A stretch of DNA of 64,000 bases from Oscillospiraceae bacterium (GCA_020025425.1 JAHHSD010000004.1:1940-65939); one strand, 5' to 3'. Positions 51,100 through 61,745 are shown, numbered from the stretch's first letter. Program-made: numbers and translations. The notes: a model not told the origin generated them from the sequence alone.

Positions 51100-53214
51100 T
51101 TACCGCACCATTGTGTTTTCCGTCAAGATATCCTCGCGGGTTTCCTCGGCGGAAAAATAATATTTAAGGATGTCAGCGGCGATCCGTCCCAGCTCGGAAC
51201 CGCTGCCGCCCTTCTCAACCACCAGGGCAATGGCGATCTGGGGGTTGTCGTAGGGGGCAAAGCAGACGAACACGGCGTTGGACTCGGTCTGGACATTGAC
51301 CTGGGCGGAGCCGGTCTTGGCGCCCACCTTGACGGGCAGATCCTGAAAATACCTGGCCACCGAGCCCTCTGTGGTCAGCTTCAGCATGCCCGCCTTCACT
51401 GCCTCCAGATTGGCGGGCTTGATGTTGATTTCGCTGAGCACCTCGGGCTCATAGGTGTGGACCACCTCGGAGAAGTCATGGGATTTGACCTCCTTGAGGA
51501 TGTGGGCCGCGTTCCGCGTCCCGCCGTTGACCAGGGTCGCGATGTAGTTGGCCAGCTGTATGGGGGTGAACTGGCTGCTCTCCTGGCCGATGGCCACCGA
51601 CAGGGTGTTGCCCTTGAACCACTTCCCGCCCATCTTCTCGGTGTACTCCGGTCCGGCCATAACGCCCCGCTTCTCGGGCAGCTCGATGCCGGTGGGCTCA
51701 CCCAGGCCGAACTTGGCCGCATACTCCTGGAGCTTTTCAATTCCCACCCGGCGGCCCACGTCAAAGAAGTAGATGTTGCAGGAGTTCTTGATGGCGTCGG
51801 TCACGTTCTGGGGGCCGTGCTTGCCTCTGTACTGGCGGTAGATCCAGCACTGAGGGCCGTTGGGGCCGTAGTAGTCATAGACGCCGTTGCCCAGGATCTT
51901 GGTCTGGGGCGTGACCTCCCCACTCTCCAGGCCGGCGATGGCGGTCACCATCTTGAAGGTGGAGCCGGGGGGGTAGAGGCCCATAGTGGTCCGGTTGATG
52001 AAGGGGTGCAGGGGGTTGCTGGCGTATTTGTTGTAGTCCTGGTAGTAGGTGTCCAGGGTAAAGGTGGGGTAGGAGGCCGCGGCCAGAACTTCGGCGTTCT
52101 TGATGTCCAGCACCACGCAGGCGGCGCCCTCCACCTCCTTACTCTTCAGCTGGGGGATGGCGTTGGCCATGATATCCTCCACAGCCTTCTGAAGGTCGAT
52201 ATCCACCGTGAGGATCACGTTGTCTCCCGGCTCGGGGGGTGTGATCCAGGTCTCGCCCATGACCCTGCCGCTGACGTCCCGGTCCACCTGGCGCTTGCCG
52301 GGGGCGCCCCGCAGGTAGGACTCAAAGGCCAGCTCTGCCCCGTCCTTGCCCACCGTGTCGTTGATCTGATAGTCCGGCTTCCCGTCGTTGTCCTCGTCCA
52401 CGGTCTGGTAGTACTCCCACTCCTTCTCGTTCATCAGGCCCACCGGGCCCAGCAGCTGGGCGGCGTAATCGGTGTTGTAGCTGCGGGTGGAGACGGCGTC
52501 GATGTTGACGCCGGCCAGCCCCCGCTCCTTCACCCGGGAAATAAAGTCGATATCCACATCCTGTGCAAAGACATAGGGGGTCCAATAGATGTCCTTGGAC
52601 CGGAGGTAGAGCTCATAGATCACCCCGGCCAGGGCCCGGGCCTCTCCCGGGGCAGTGTCCTCCGGGATGTCGAAGGTCTTGGCCATCCGCTTGAGCAGCT
52701 CCTGGGCGCTGGGCAGCTCCACCTTGGCGTCGGGGGCGGTGGGATCCCCGTCAATCCACTTCATTTTGATGGACAGCCGGCCCAGCCGGGTCAGCGTCTT
52801 TTTCTCAGTTCCGTCCTCTCCCACGGAGACGGCAAAGAAGGGGTCGTCCCGGGTATAGCGGAAGGGCTCCTCCGGTGTGATGGACAGGTTGTCCGCCCAG
52901 GTCACGCCGGACCGGCGTGCAATCTGGATCAGGTCGGTGAGGACCTGGTTGCGGTTCTTGCCCATGGCGGAGGTATTCAGGGTCACCTCGTAGGTGGTGT
53001 GGTTGGCGACCAGAACGCGGCCGTAGCGGTCCAGAATCTGGCCCCGGGCAGAGGAGACCTGCTCGATCTCCGTGATCTTGTTGGTAGAGCGGGATGCCCA
53101 GTATTTTCCGTTGATGATCTGGGTGTCGTAGAGCACAAAGCTCATAAACAGCAGGACCAGGGCGAGGAGGCCCACCATGGCCCAGCTGCGGCGGTTCAGT
53201 TGTCGGTGGTCCAT
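51100..53214 (-). CDS. mrdA: Class B penicillin-binding protein (PBP2-like)
   Basis: RGQILDR, STFK (SxxK), SCN (SxN), KTG; follows mreD. Confidence 0.85.
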   Translation of the reverse strand: MDHRQLNRRSWAMVGLLALVLLFMSFVLYDTQIINGKYWASRSTNKITEIEQVSSARGQILDRYGRVLVANHTTYEVTLNTSAMGKNRNQVLTDLIQIARRSGVTWADNLSITPEEPFRYTRDDPFFAVSVGEDGTEKKTLTRLGRLSIKMKWIDGDPTAPDAKVELPSAQELLKRMAKTFDIPEDTAPGEARALAGVIYELYLRSKDIYWTPYVFAQDVDIDFISRVKERGLAGVNIDAVSTRSYNTDYAAQLLGPVGLMNEKEWEYYQTVDEDNDGKPDYQINDTVGKDGAELAFESYLRGAPGKRQVDRDVSGRVMGETWITPPEPGDNVILTVDIDLQKAVEDIMANAIPQLKSKEVEGAACVVLDIKNAEVLAAASYPTFTLDTYYQDYNKYASNPLHPFINRTTMGLYPPGSTFKMVTAIAGLESGEVTPQTKILGNGVYDYYGPNGPQCWIYRQYRGKHGPQNVTDAIKNSCNIYFFDVGRRVGIEKLQEYAAKFGLGEPTGIELPEKRGVMAGPEYTEKMGGKWFKGNTLSVAIGQESSQFTPIQLANYIATLVNGGTRNAAHILKEVKSHDFSEVVHTYEPEVLSEINIKPANLEAVKAGMLKLTTEGSVARYFQDLPVKVGAKTGSAQVNVQTESNAVFVCFAPYDNPQIAIALVVEKGGSGSELGRIAADILKYYFSAEETREDILTENTMVR

Positions 53215-53251
53215 AGGGAGCTCTCTCCTTTCCAAGAAAAACGCGCGGTGC

Positions 53252-53764
53252 TCACGCCAGCTTGTCCAGACCCACCTTGCGGAAGATCAGCCAGAAAATC
53301 AGAAATACCAGAGGCGACCACAGCAGGGTGAGCAGAAATTCTTTTCCCGCCACTGAGAGCATCACAGACAGGGGAGCCATGCGGATAAAGAGTCCCCCCA
53401 GGATATGGATGCCCTCCATGACGGCCAGGGTAGCGGCGGAGCAGATCAGGCAGCCCGCATATCCCTGCGTCAGGGCGTACTGGCCCGCGTTGCCGGCCAG
53501 GAGACCGGCCGCAGTCAGAAACAGGATGGGCAGACCGTGGGCACCGGGGTAGCCGATGGCCCACAGCAGCCCTACCCCCAGGCCGAAGCCGCCGCCGGCC
53601 TTGGCCCCCTCCAGCACGGCCACCGACACGGCGGCCAGCAGGAGCAGATTGGGCTTGACGCCCCAGACGGGCCAGCGGCCCAGCAGAAAGGCGTCCAGGA
53701 TCCAGATGGGCAGCAGGCCCAGGGTATAGATCAGCCATTTAATGATTTGATCCTGTCGGGTCAT
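53252..53764 (-). CDS. mreD: Rod shape-determining protein MreD (divergent)
   Basis: 170 aa hydrophobic, GVKPNLLL, located between mreC and PBP2. Confidence 0.75.
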   Translation of the reverse strand: MTRQDQIIKWLIYTLGLLPIWILDAFLLGRWPVWGVKPNLLLLAAVSVAVLEGAKAGGGFGLGVGLLWAIGYPGAHGLPILFLTAAGLLAGNAGQYALTQGYAGCLICSAATLAVMEGIHILGGLFIRMAPLSVMLSVAGKEFLLTLLWSPLVFLIFWLIFRKVGLDKLA

Positions 53765-53794
53765 GGAAGTTCCTCCTAGCGGCGGGGCGGAGTA

Positions 53795-54637
53795 TTACTC
53801 CACCACGTTGAAGTCCTTGATGACGAAAACCTCCACCAGGGCGTCCAGGTCCACAGTGGGGACGATGACGGCATAGCGGGTCTTGCCGGACGGGTCGGTG
53901 AATACGCCCTCCACCTGTCCGACCACCAGCCCGGAGGGGTACACGCCGCCCTTGCCGGAGGTGAGCACCTCGTCGCCGGCCACCAGCTGGGCGCCGTCGG
54001 GCAGATAGCTCAGTCTCAGCCGGCCGGCCTCCATCAGCGTGAAGTCACCCTCCAGGATGCCCGCGCTGTACGTCCGGGCCACGATGCCGCCCATGTCGAT
54101 ATCGGTATTGATAATGGTGGACACCCGGGCGGAGTTGGTGCCCACCTCGGACACCACGCCCACCAGCACGCCGGTCTCGGTGACCACGCAGTCTCCCGCC
54201 TCCACGCCAAAGTTGCTGCCCTTGCTGATGGTCAGGACAGACTCCCAGTTGGAGGTGACGGGGGCGGTGACCCGGGCGGACTCAAAGACAAAGTCCCGGC
54301 GCTTCTCCTGCAGATTCAGCAGCTCCCGGAGCTGCTCGTTCTCCCGCTGGGCGTCCTGTCCCTCCCGGACCTGGTCCTCCATCTCGGCCACCTTGGCCCG
54401 CAGACCGTCCAGCTCATCCTGGATCTCGTCAAAGCGGAATACATAGGCGTAGACGTCCTCAGCCCAGTCCGCGGCGGCACTCACCCCGTTGCGGATGGGG
54501 GTGGTGACCACGCTGAACAGGTTGGACAGGGGGTCCATCCCGCTGCCCAGCACCATGGAGCCAATGCCGATCAGAATGGAGAGGAGCAGGGCGATGACCA
54601 GCAGAATGGGGCCGTTCTGACGCAAAAACTGCTTCAT
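53795..54637 (-). CDS. mreC: Rod shape-determining protein MreC
   Basis: N-terminal TM, ENEQLRELL coiled coil, ISKGS..G, TSG.GGVYP.GL.VG. Confidence 0.93.
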   Translation of the reverse strand: MKQFLRQNGPILLVIALLLSILIGIGSMVLGSGMDPLSNLFSVVTTPIRNGVSAAADWAEDVYAYVFRFDEIQDELDGLRAKVAEMEDQVREGQDAQRENEQLRELLNLQEKRRDFVFESARVTAPVTSNWESVLTISKGSNFGVEAGDCVVTETGVLVGVVSEVGTNSARVSTIINTDIDMGGIVARTYSAGILEGDFTLMEAGRLRLSYLPDGAQLVAGDEVLTSGKGGVYPSGLVVGQVEGVFTDPSGKTRYAVIVPTVDLDALVEVFVIKDFNVVE

Positions 54638-55227
54638 GCCTCCACTCCCTCACCGGTCAGTCCGTTGATTCCAAACCGGGTCAGCACCTGGGCCAGACGG
54701 CACACGGGCAGACCCATCACGTTGTAGTAGTCCCCGCACAGGCTCTCCACCAGCACGCAGCCCCGGCCCTGGATGCCGTAGGACCCGGCCTTGTCCATGG
54801 GCTCGCCGGTGGCCACGTAGGCCCGCAGCTCCTCCCGGGCGAGGGGGCGGAACCGGACTGCGGTGACCTCATGGCCGGTGACGATCTCCTCCCCCCGGCG
54901 GACGGTGAAGCCGGTATAGACCTGGTGCTCCCGCCCGGACAGGGCGGTGAGGGTCTCCAGGGCGTTCTCGGGGGAGGTGGGCTTGCCCAGCACCCGGCCG
55001 TCCAGAGCCACCACGGTGTCGGCGGCGATGACCAGGTCGTCGGGCCCCAGCTTGCCGGCCACCTCGTCGGCCTTCTGGCGGGAGAGGGCCTCCACCAGCT
55101 GGTCGGGGGAGAGGGCGGGGTCCACCCGCTCCTCGCCCCGGGCGGGGAGGATCTCAAAGCCTGTGATCCCCATGCGCTCCAGCAGCTCGCGCCGCCGGGG
55201 GGACTGGGAGGCAAGGATGATTCGCAT
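54634..55227 (-). CDS. maf: Maf nucleotide pyrophosphatase
   Basis: ILASQSPRRRELL, AADTVV, DKAGSYGIQG, NVMGLP. Confidence 0.94.
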   Translation of the reverse strand: MRIILASQSPRRRELLERMGITGFEILPARGEERVDPALSPDQLVEALSRQKADEVAGKLGPDDLVIAADTVVALDGRVLGKPTSPENALETLTALSGREHQVYTGFTVRRGEEIVTGHEVTAVRFRPLAREELRAYVATGEPMDKAGSYGIQGRGCVLVESLCGDYYNVMGLPVCRLAQVLTRFGINGLTGEGVEA

Positions 55228-55256
55228 TCTAAACACCTCTCTGCTCTGGATTTGGC

Positions 55257-55706
55257 TTAAGCTCCGGTGGAGCCCAGGCCGCCCGCGCCGCGGGCGGTGT
55301 CGTCCAGCTCATCCACCAGTTGGATCCGGGGCCGGACCACAGGGGTGACCATCAGCTGGGCGATGCGGTCGGCGGGATTGACGGTGTAGTCCTCGCTGCC
55401 GGAGTTCTGCAGGCCCACCAGCAGCTCTCCCCGGTAGTCGCTGTCAATGACCCCCACGCAGTTGGCGGGGGCGATGCCGTGCTTGATGCCCAGGCCGCTG
55501 CGGGCGAAGATCAGGGCCACGTAGTCGGCGGAGGGCAGGGCGATGGCCAGGCCGGTGGGGATGACTCGCCGCTGACCGGCGGGGATGACCACAGGCTCGT
55601 CCATGCAGGCGTGCAGGTCCATTGCGGCCGCGCCGGCGCTGGCGAAGAAGGGGACGGGGATCTCGGTCCCGATTTTGGGGGAGAGCGCTTTGATCTTCAG
55701 ATCCAT
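55257..55706 (-). CDS. dut: dUTP diphosphatase
   Basis: ARSGLG, GVIDSDYRGE, RIAQL, RGAGGLGSTG. Confidence 0.96.
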   Translation of the reverse strand: MDLKIKALSPKIGTEIPVPFFASAGAAAMDLHACMDEPVVIPAGQRRVIPTGLAIALPSADYVALIFARSGLGIKHGIAPANCVGVIDSDYRGELLVGLQNSGSEDYTVNPADRIAQLMVTPVVRPRIQLVDELDDTARGAGGLGSTGA

Positions 55707-55745
55707 ACTATCATTCCTCACAATACAAAAGATAGACCGGGCGGA

Positions 55746-57830
55746 TCACTCCACGCCCCGGTAGTAAAGTCCTCTGGTGTAGTCGCCCAGCTGGTAGCGG
55801 CCCCGGCCCTGGTAGCGGTCCAGGATCTGGACGCACTCCTGGGGGGTCTCGGTGGTAAAGCGCACACGCATGGTCCGCAGGCCCAGGTGCTGCACATCCC
55901 CCAGCTTGTCCGCCAGGAACAGGGTCTTGGCGTTGAGGATCTCGTTTCGGCAGCCGAAGGCCTTGACCACGGGGAACCGGGTCCCCCGGCGGTCGGTGAG
56001 CAGGGCGGGGTCGCCGCAGTTGTGCTCCCCCGAGTGGTTGTGTACGATGCAGTTCTCGGTGACCATCAGGGGCAGGCGGCCGTAGGCGATAAGCTCCAGG
56101 TCCAGGGCCTTGGACAGGTCCCGGATCTGGGACAGGCGCATCTCAAAGGAGGCGGTCACCGACTTCAGCCCCATGTGGCGCAGCTCCTTGATGGTCTGGC
56201 TGTTGTACACGCCCAGACCGTAGTCTCCCCGGACCTCCATGCCCCGGTCCAGGGCGTGGCGGACCATGCCCAGGGTCCCGGCCAGGGCCTGGGTGACGCC
56301 CAGCTCCTTAAGGGCATCCAGGTCCTTGTCCAGGGTGTCCAGCTCCCGATCCCAGCAGATCTGGGGCAGAAGGGCGGCCACCGGCACCCCGGCCTGCTGG
56401 GCGGCCCGGACCACATCGGGGTGGGCCGCTCCCTCGTCGGCGGGGAGATAGAGCAGGGTTGGCTTCAGGGCCAGCAGCTCGGGGGTGACCTGGGCGGCGG
56501 AGCGGACGGAGACGGTGATGTCGGGGGCCTCCTGGGGGTCCTCAAACCGGACGCCCTCGTGGAACTGGCCCCGGCGGCGCTCCGGCAGGGCGGTGCGCTG
56601 GCGGCTCAGCTCCTCCAGGGCCTGGCGGCGCAGGGCGTTCAGCGCGGACAGGGGCAGAGAGAGCCCCTCGTCCACCTTGACCAGGGTCTTTTCGCAGGAG
56701 AAGGGGGTCCCGCCGGTGCGGGAGAGCTGTCCCTCCACCTTTTCGGCGGTGAGGGGGACATTGACCGCCGCCTCAGGCACCGGTCCGGTGACAGAGGCCA
56801 GCCGGCCCTCCTTGTCCTCCACCGCCACCTGGGCGGGCTGGCCGGCCCGCAGCCAGGCGTACATCTGGACGGGCTCCTTCCGGTTCTCCCCGTTTTCAAA
56901 GGTGGCTCTGGCCTTGGCATAGAGCTCCTTGGGGAAGTCCTCCTCCTGGCGGGTGCCGAACATGTCGGCCCCCTTCTGGTCCAGGTAGTAGCCCTCGGTA
57001 AAGCCCTGGCGGGAGAATGCCTGCTCCAGCTCCTGCAGCTCCTGGCCGGTGGGCTCCCGGCCCTCCCGCAGGGCGTTGGCGTAGATCCGTGTGACGATGG
57101 CCACATATTCCGGCCGCTTCATCCGGCCCTCAATTTTCAGGCAGGCGATGCCCATATCCTGCAATTCCTTCAGGTGGCGGACCATGGACATGTCCTTCAG
57201 GGACAGGGGGTACTCGTTGGCCCGGCCGTTGAAGCCGTATTTCAGGCGGCAGGGCTGGGCACACAGGCCCCGGTTGCCGCTGCGGCCCCCGATGACGCCG
57301 GAAAAATAGCACTGGCCCGAGTAGCACATGCACAGGGCCCCGTGGGCAAAGGTCTCGATCTCAATGGGGGAATTGGCGCAGATATACTCCAAAGCGTCCC
57401 GGCTCAGTTCCCGGGAGAGGACCACCCGGCTCATCCCCAGGTCGGCGCAGACCTTGACGCCGTCCAGCGAGTGAATGGTCATCTGGGTGGAGCCGTGGAT
57501 GGGCAGGTCGGGGGCCACCTGGCGCAGCATGCGCACCACACCCAGATCCTGGACGATGACGGCGTCCACGCCCATCTGGCTGATCTCGTCGGCCACCTGG
57601 GCGGCACCGGGCAGCTCCCGGTCGGTAAGCAGGGTGTTCAGGGTGAGGTGGACCTTACAGCCCCGCAGATGACAGTAAGAAACCGCCGCCGCAACTTCCT
57701 CTTTGGTGAAGTTTTTCGCGTTTCGGCGGGCGTTGAAATCTCCATATCCCAAATAAATGGCGTCCGCCCCGTTCTGTACGGCGGCAGTCACCGACTCCAT
57801 GGAGCCGGCAGGTGAAAGTAGCTCCAGCAT
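55746..57830 (-). CDS. U32 family protein (RlhA-like RNA hydroxylase)
   Basis: ELLSPAG, GADAIYLG, HGALCMCYSGQC..S...GRSGNRGLCAQPCR, LKIEGR; long C-terminal extension. Confidence 0.85.
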   Translation of the reverse strand: MLELLSPAGSMESVTAAVQNGADAIYLGYGDFNARRNAKNFTKEEVAAAVSYCHLRGCKVHLTLNTLLTDRELPGAAQVADEISQMGVDAVIVQDLGVVRMLRQVAPDLPIHGSTQMTIHSLDGVKVCADLGMSRVVLSRELSRDALEYICANSPIEIETFAHGALCMCYSGQCYFSGVIGGRSGNRGLCAQPCRLKYGFNGRANEYPLSLKDMSMVRHLKELQDMGIACLKIEGRMKRPEYVAIVTRIYANALREGREPTGQELQELEQAFSRQGFTEGYYLDQKGADMFGTRQEEDFPKELYAKARATFENGENRKEPVQMYAWLRAGQPAQVAVEDKEGRLASVTGPVPEAAVNVPLTAEKVEGQLSRTGGTPFSCEKTLVKVDEGLSLPLSALNALRRQALEELSRQRTALPERRRGQFHEGVRFEDPQEAPDITVSVRSAAQVTPELLALKPTLLYLPADEGAAHPDVVRAAQQAGVPVAALLPQICWDRELDTLDKDLDALKELGVTQALAGTLGMVRHALDRGMEVRGDYGLGVYNSQTIKELRHMGLKSVTASFEMRLSQIRDLSKALDLELIAYGRLPLMVTENCIVHNHSGEHNCGDPALLTDRRGTRFPVVKAFGCRNEILNAKTLFLADKLGDVQHLGLRTMRVRFTTETPQECVQILDRYQGRGRYQLGDYTRGLYYRGVE

Positions 57831-57926
57831 GGCAGTTCTCCTTTTTATATGACAGACCGGTGCGGGCCCGGCGCTGTCGGCCGTACCCGCACCGAAGAAA
57901 TATTCAGCTCGAAGGATCAGACTGGG

Positions 57927-58241
57927 TTATTTCTTGTTTTGCAGTTTGAAGATCTCCCGCTTACATTCGGACAGCTCGTCCTTCAGCTTGGCGGTCTCCT
58001 CCAGACCCTCTTTGATCTGGCGGCGCAGGTTCTCAGCGGCGGCCTGCTCCCGGAAGTACTGATCCGCAATGTTCATCGCGGCAAGCACCGCTCCGTTGGC
58101 CAGAGACAGGCGCTCGTTCTCCATCACCTCACGGATCTGGCCGTCCACATGACCGGCCACTTTGCGGACGTATTCCTCATCCTCCACGGCCACCATGTTG
58201 TATTCCTGGCCGGCGATGGACACGGTCACTTTGTTTTTCAT
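57927..58241 (-). CDS. zapA: Cell division protein ZapA
   Basis: VTVSIAGQEY, YVRKVA..VD, AVLAAMNIAD, coiled coil. Confidence 0.88.
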   Translation of the reverse strand: MKNKVTVSIAGQEYNMVAVEDEEYVRKVAGHVDGQIREVMENERLSLANGAVLAAMNIADQYFREQAAAENLRRQIKEGLEETAKLKDELSECKREIFKLQNKK

Positions 58242-58480
58242 GTGATCTCCTCCCTATATCAACACACAGCATGTCTGTTTTATGTATACTTCAGCCCGAC
58301 TGGTCGGGTCCATCATAGTGATGGACTTATTATACCATAAGAAGTACCATTGAAAAATAGATTTATCGTTAATTTTTTTCTTATCTTTGATTTTTCCAAA
58401 AAAGCTCCGTGCCCGAAACCCGGCCTTGGACAACGCCCCCAAACTCTGCTATACTAGGGGCCAGAACAGGAGGCGCTGCT

Positions 58481-58984
58481 ATGCACAACGAATTGACTGA
58501 AACCGATATCCGCCTGATGAAGGAGGAGCTGGACCACCGGCGCATCGAGGTGCGCCCCAAGCTGCTGGAGGCGGTGAAGGAGGCCCGGGCCTTCGGTGAT
58601 CTGAGCGAAAATTTTGAGTACAAGGCGGCCAAGCAGGAGAAAAACCGCAACGAGAGCCGCATCCGCTTTCTGGAGAACATGATCCGCACCGCCGTGGTCA
58701 TCCCCGACCGCTCCGTGGACGGGCGTGTGGGGCTCTACGACAAGGTGACCGTCTATCTGGAGGAGGACGATGAGGAGGAGGTCTACCAGCTGGTGACCAC
58801 CGTCCGCCAGGACGTGCTCCACGGCCTGATCAGCAAGGAATCTCCCATGGGCCGGGCCCTGATGGGCCGGGCGGTGGGCGAGCGCTTCTTTGTGACGGTC
58901 AACGACAGCTACGGCTATTATGCCGTCGTCCGCGCCATTGAGAAGGGTCAGGATGACGGTTCCGCCCCGCTGAATCGCTATTAA
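58481..58984 (+). CDS. greA: GreA/GreB family transcription elongation factor
   Basis: EARAFGDLSENFEYKAAK, ISKESPMGRAL. Confidence 0.9.
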   Translation: MHNELTETDIRLMKEELDHRRIEVRPKLLEAVKEARAFGDLSENFEYKAAKQEKNRNESRIRFLENMIRTAVVIPDRSVDGRVGLYDKVTVYLEEDDEEEVYQLVTTVRQDVLHGLISKESPMGRALMGRAVGERFFVTVNDSYGYYAVVRAIEKGQDDGSAPLNRY

Positions 58985-58986
58985 GT

Positions 58987-59104
58987 TGTCAAATATTTGT
59001 AAACTTTTCGCCCGGGGTGTAAAAAGGGTTGACGTTCTGATGGAATCCGTGTATGATGATGCAGTTGTAACCGATTTGTAATATTTATGTTTCGGAATTG
59101 TCAC
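58987..59104 (+). promoter_or_regulatory. SigA promoter with array of WalR-like direct repeats
   Basis: TTGACG-17 nt-TATGAT (59029-59057); TGTAAC-N5-TGTAAT-N5-TGTTTC-N5-TGTCAC (59066-59104); TGTCAA-N5-TGTAAA (58987-59003). Confidence 0.65.
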
Positions 59105-59150
59105 TTTTATCAGAGGGCCTTTGACCCAAGCAATAAAGAGGTATCCCATC

Positions 59151-60659
59151 ATGGATCGTAACAATCTTTCCCATCGCCGCCGTACCAAAAAGGGCGGGGC
59201 GGCAGGCGGAAGCTCCCGGCCGGAACGCCTGGCCCAGGCCGGGGCTTATTTACGCGCCTTCAAACAGTGGCTCTTCATTCACGGCCGCCGTCTGGCCCAT
59301 GCCGTCAACGAAATGATGGCCGAGTACCGGGCCGCCGGCCCAGTCTCCTTTCTGGCCGTTTCGGCCGCCCTGGGCCTGGCCCTCACCATCACCACCCTCT
59401 ACTCCTCCAGCTATGTGCTCACCGTGGACGGAGAGCAGGTCGGCGTGGTGGCCGACCAGAGTGTGGTGGAGGACGCCATCGCACAGGTGGAGCGCCAGGG
59501 CTCCCGGATGCTGGGCTATAACTACCGGGTGGATAATCGGATGGATGAGCAGTTCGCGCTGACCCTGAAGTCCGACCTGAGCAGTCAGGAGGACATTGAG
59601 AAGTACTTCTACCACCAGCTGGACGCGGTGAGTGCCGAGCTGCGCAAGTATCAGGTGGTGGTGGACGGCATTGTGGCCGGCGCCGTGGAGGACAAGGCCC
59701 AACTGGACCAGCTGCTCCGTGACTATAAGAAGCAGTACAGCAACACGAACACAGTCTCTGCGGAATTTGTGGAGCAGGTACGAATTGAAAATGTCTACAC
59801 CGACGAGAACCTGAAAACCCTGGATGAGCTGCGCCAGTCCCTGCTCTCCAACAAAACCGGCGCAACCACCTATACCGTACAGAGCGGCGACACCTTCAAC
59901 GGCATCGCCTATGCCAACAACATGTCCATCAGCGATCTGAAGGCCCTCAACCCCCAGGTGAACATCAACCGCCTGATGATCGGCGATGTGCTCAACGTCA
60001 AGAAGCTCATTCCCCTGCTGTCGGTGGCTACGGTGGACGACGTCACCTACACCGAGCCCATTCCCTGCCCGGTGGAGACCGTGGACGACCCCAACCTGTA
60101 CAAGGGCAGCTCCAAGATCGTCACCAAGGGCGTCCCCGGCGAGACCCAGATCCACGCCAAGGTCAGCTACCTCAACGGTCAGGAGACCGAGCGCAGTATC
60201 CTGTCTCAGGAGACCCTGCGGGAGCCCACCAAGACCGTGAAGGCGGTGGGCACCAAGGAGAAGCCCAAGACCGCCTCCACCGGCACCTTCAGCTGGCCCA
60301 TCCGCGGACGGATCAACTCCTACTTCGGCGGCCGCCACATCTTCGGCCGGTACAGCTACCACTCCGGTCTGGACATCCAGGCCAGCTACGGCGCCCCCAT
60401 CAAGGCGGCTGACGGCGGCACCGTGACCTTTGCCGGATACAAGGGCTCCTACGGCAACCTGGTCATCATCACCCACGACAATGGCATCAAGACCTACTAC
60501 GCCCACAACTCCTCCCTGGTGGTGTCGGTGGGACAGAAGGTCTATAAGGGACAGACCATCGCCAAGGCGGGCAGCACCGGCCGGTCCACCGGCACCCACT
60601 GCCACTTCGAGGTCCGGGTCAACGGCACCGCCGTCAATCCCCTGTCCTATCTGAACTGA
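59151..60659 (+). CDS. M23 family peptidoglycan endopeptidase with LysM and G5 domains
   Basis: YTVQSGDT (LysM), G5 region, HSGLD, YAH, STGTHCHFEV. Confidence 0.92.
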   Translation: MDRNNLSHRRRTKKGGAAGGSSRPERLAQAGAYLRAFKQWLFIHGRRLAHAVNEMMAEYRAAGPVSFLAVSAALGLALTITTLYSSSYVLTVDGEQVGVVADQSVVEDAIAQVERQGSRMLGYNYRVDNRMDEQFALTLKSDLSSQEDIEKYFYHQLDAVSAELRKYQVVVDGIVAGAVEDKAQLDQLLRDYKKQYSNTNTVSAEFVEQVRIENVYTDENLKTLDELRQSLLSNKTGATTYTVQSGDTFNGIAYANNMSISDLKALNPQVNINRLMIGDVLNVKKLIPLLSVATVDDVTYTEPIPCPVETVDDPNLYKGSSKIVTKGVPGETQIHAKVSYLNGQETERSILSQETLREPTKTVKAVGTKEKPKTASTGTFSWPIRGRINSYFGGRHIFGRYSYHSGLDIQASYGAPIKAADGGTVTFAGYKGSYGNLVIITHDNGIKTYYAHNSSLVVSVGQKVYKGQTIAKAGSTGRSTGTHCHFEVRVNGTAVNPLSYLN

Positions 60660-60676
60660 ACCTCGTTCCCTCTCTG

Positions 60677-60711
60677 CACCCCTGGCTTTTCGGAGCCGGG
60701 GGTGTTTTTTT
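60677..60711 (+). terminator. Intrinsic terminator
   Basis: cacccctggct...agccgggggtg followed by T run. Confidence 0.8.
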
Positions 60712-60794
60712 CCTGGAGAGTATCCCCCTATTTACGCGGCGGGGATTTTGGGGTAAAATGGGGGAAAACGTTTTCTGAGAAAGGAGGGCGCGCC

Positions 60795-61742
60795 ATGGCG
60801 TCCGATCTGCTCCCGGGCAGCATATTGTCCCTCTCCGCCCAGGCGGCCGACCGACTGATCCAGATGGACAGCGGGGACGCCGCCCTGCTCTATCTCTACC
60901 TCCTGGGCCATCCGGACCCCTCCGGACTCAAATGGCCCGCCCTGCGCCTCCAGGGGGCCATGGACCAGCTGGTCAGGCAGGGCATGGCCCGGGCCCAGAC
61001 CGCCCCGGTGGTCCCAGATCCCGGCCCGGAGCCGCCCCCGGAGTACACCACCGAGGACATCACCGGGGCCCTGACCGACGGCTCCTTCCATGTATTGTGC
61101 GACGAGGTGGAGCGGCGGCTGGGGAAAAAGCTCACCGCCGGCGACCTGAAAGCCCTCTTCACCCTGTACGACCACCTGGCCCTGCCCGCCGAGGTCATCC
61201 TGATGCTGGTGACCTGGTGTACCGAGGAGGTGGCCCGGAAGTACGGCCCCGGCCGCCGGCCCTTCCTGTCCCAGATCAAGAAGGAGGGCTTCGTGTGGGC
61301 CCGCCGGGGCATCGACACCATCGAGGCCGCCGAGGCCCACATCCAGAAGATGACCGAGCTGCGCAGCCGGGAGAAGGAGGTCCTGCGTCTGCTGGACATC
61401 TCCCCCCGTCCTCTGGTGGAGCGGGAAAGGACCTATATCGCCGCGTGGGATGAGATGGGCTTTGACAACGAGGCCATCCGCATGGCCTACGAAAAGACCG
61501 TACTCAAAAAGCAGTCTATGGACTGGAGCTACATGAACGGCATTCTGCGCCACTGGCACGAGAAGGGCCTGCACACCGGGGACGCCATCCGTGCGGGCGA
61601 TCGGGACCCCGTGGCCCTTCGGGCCGGTGTGGGTGCCGGGGCCGGGCAGCCCGTCCAGCCCAGACCCGTGGAGGACCAGCGCGCCCGGGAGGATATGGAC
61701 CGGATGCGCCGCATGCTCCAGCAGATGAAAGGAGAGGGATGA
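60795..61742 (+). CDS. DnaD domain protein (two DnaB/DnaD-type domains)
   Basis: ALLYLYLL, W...GIDT.EAA, YMNGILRHWHEKGL. Confidence 0.85.
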   Translation: MASDLLPGSILSLSAQAADRLIQMDSGDAALLYLYLLGHPDPSGLKWPALRLQGAMDQLVRQGMARAQTAPVVPDPGPEPPPEYTTEDITGALTDGSFHVLCDEVERRLGKKLTAGDLKALFTLYDHLALPAEVILMLVTWCTEEVARKYGPGRRPFLSQIKKEGFVWARRGIDTIEAAEAHIQKMTELRSREKEVLRLLDISPRPLVERERTYIAAWDEMGFDNEAIRMAYEKTVLKKQSMDWSYMNGILRHWHEKGLHTGDAIRAGDRDPVALRAGVGAGAGQPVQPRPVEDQRAREDMDRMRRMLQQMKGEG

Positions 61743-61745
61743 TCC

